A stretch of DNA of 63,627 nt, filler included, from Pirum gemmata (Eukaryota): assembly GCA_002812295.1 (NCBI GenBank). It is 29 parts of 29 records of this genome, joined end to end, with 100 filler letters (N's around TTAATTAATTAA, not from the genome) between each part and the next. Parts side by side here need not be neighbours in the genome. Positions count along the whole stretch, not along the records: positions 61,010 to 63,627 come from PDIN01009673.1; 28 more parts are not named here. One strand, written 5' to 3'. This document shows positions 62,884 through 63,627 of this stretch, in pieces; within the stretch, counting starts at the first letter, position 1; every line of letters begins with the position of its first letter. The notes under the pieces are model-generated. The model did no database searches and was not told where the DNA came from. It saw only the letters and a list, made by a program, of their open reading frames with translations. The position numbers and the translations under genes were made by a program.

Positions 62884-63250
62884 AATAATAACAAAATAAC
62901 AAAATAACAAAATAACAAAATAACAAAATAACAAAATAACAAAATAACAAAATAACAAAATAACNAACCCTAACCCCTAACCCTAACCCCTAACCCTAAC
63001 CCCTAACCCTAACCCCTAACCCTAATCCTAACCCTAATCCCAACCCTAATCCTAACCTTAACCCTAACCCTAACCCTAACCCTGACTCTAAATATAACTC
63101 TACCGCTAACTATAGTACTCTAACCCTGATCTCTTAACCCATGGGGCCAATACTTATAATCAACCCCTAGTAATCAACCCTAACCCTAACCCTAACCCTA
63201 ACCCAATTGGGTACGCTAACCTTATTAAAAACCTAACCCTCTAACCCTAT
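62884..63250. repeat. (AACAAAAT)n microsatellite followed by a (CCCTAA)n array
   Basis: Directly visible; abuts the helicase fragment. Confidence 0.9.
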
Positions 63251-63627
63251 ATATATAATATTATGATATAATGTATATAATAAATATTATTATCTAAAAA
63301 AAATAAAAAATCTATAGCCTACTTATTAATAACTAAAATAATAATATAGACTATATAATACTATTTTTGCCATTCTGCTCAAATTTATGATAATTTCTGG
63401 TAAAGGAAAATAGAGTAGCTAAAATAGAAAATAGATACTTCGAATACTGCAAAATAATAGTTTTTTAAAAAATATAAAATAATAATCCTGCATCAGTGTT
63501 GAATGCACCAGAGTTCTCTGAACTATCGAATAGAATTTTGGTACATATAAAATTGTTGTTGCTTGAAAAATGGCATATATAAGAACATCGTAAATCGAAT
63601 AAACAAAACAAAACAAAAACACAAAAA

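Overview
This window is not continuous DNA. It holds about 29 unrelated contigs of roughly 2-4 kb from a very AT-rich, intron-rich eukaryote, joined by 28 artificial 100-nt linkers (N44-TTAATTAATTAA-N44), so adjacency is meaningful only inside a contig. Recognisable host genes or exons are a PX-domain SGK3-like kinase (5 exons), TBC1D7 head-to-head with ARP3, an OSCA/TMEM63 channel, an IQM-like protein, a Cip/Kip-type CDK inhibitor, a DEAD-box helicase, a CUE-domain (Tollip-like) exon, a PPR-like protein and several orphan secreted proteins. The gene set suggests a unicellular relative of animals, possibly an ichthyosporean; this is inference only. Four observations stand out. (1) TTAGGG telomere-type arrays and derived variants lie inside many introns, mostly as the CCCTAAC strand, which contains the branch-point motif CTAAC. 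(2) The last contig carries a compact, frameshift-decayed, giant-virus-like fragment (Dda-like SF1B helicase, collagen-repeat gene, 3' hairpin) next to a microsatellite and telomere-repeat array. (3) A signal-peptide protein appears to carry two degenerate GBP/atlastin-like GTPase domains. (4) Several ~200-bp MITE families recur, and some contigs have excess CTAG/AGCT micro-palindromes. All family assignments are by-eye motif recognition; no searches were run.
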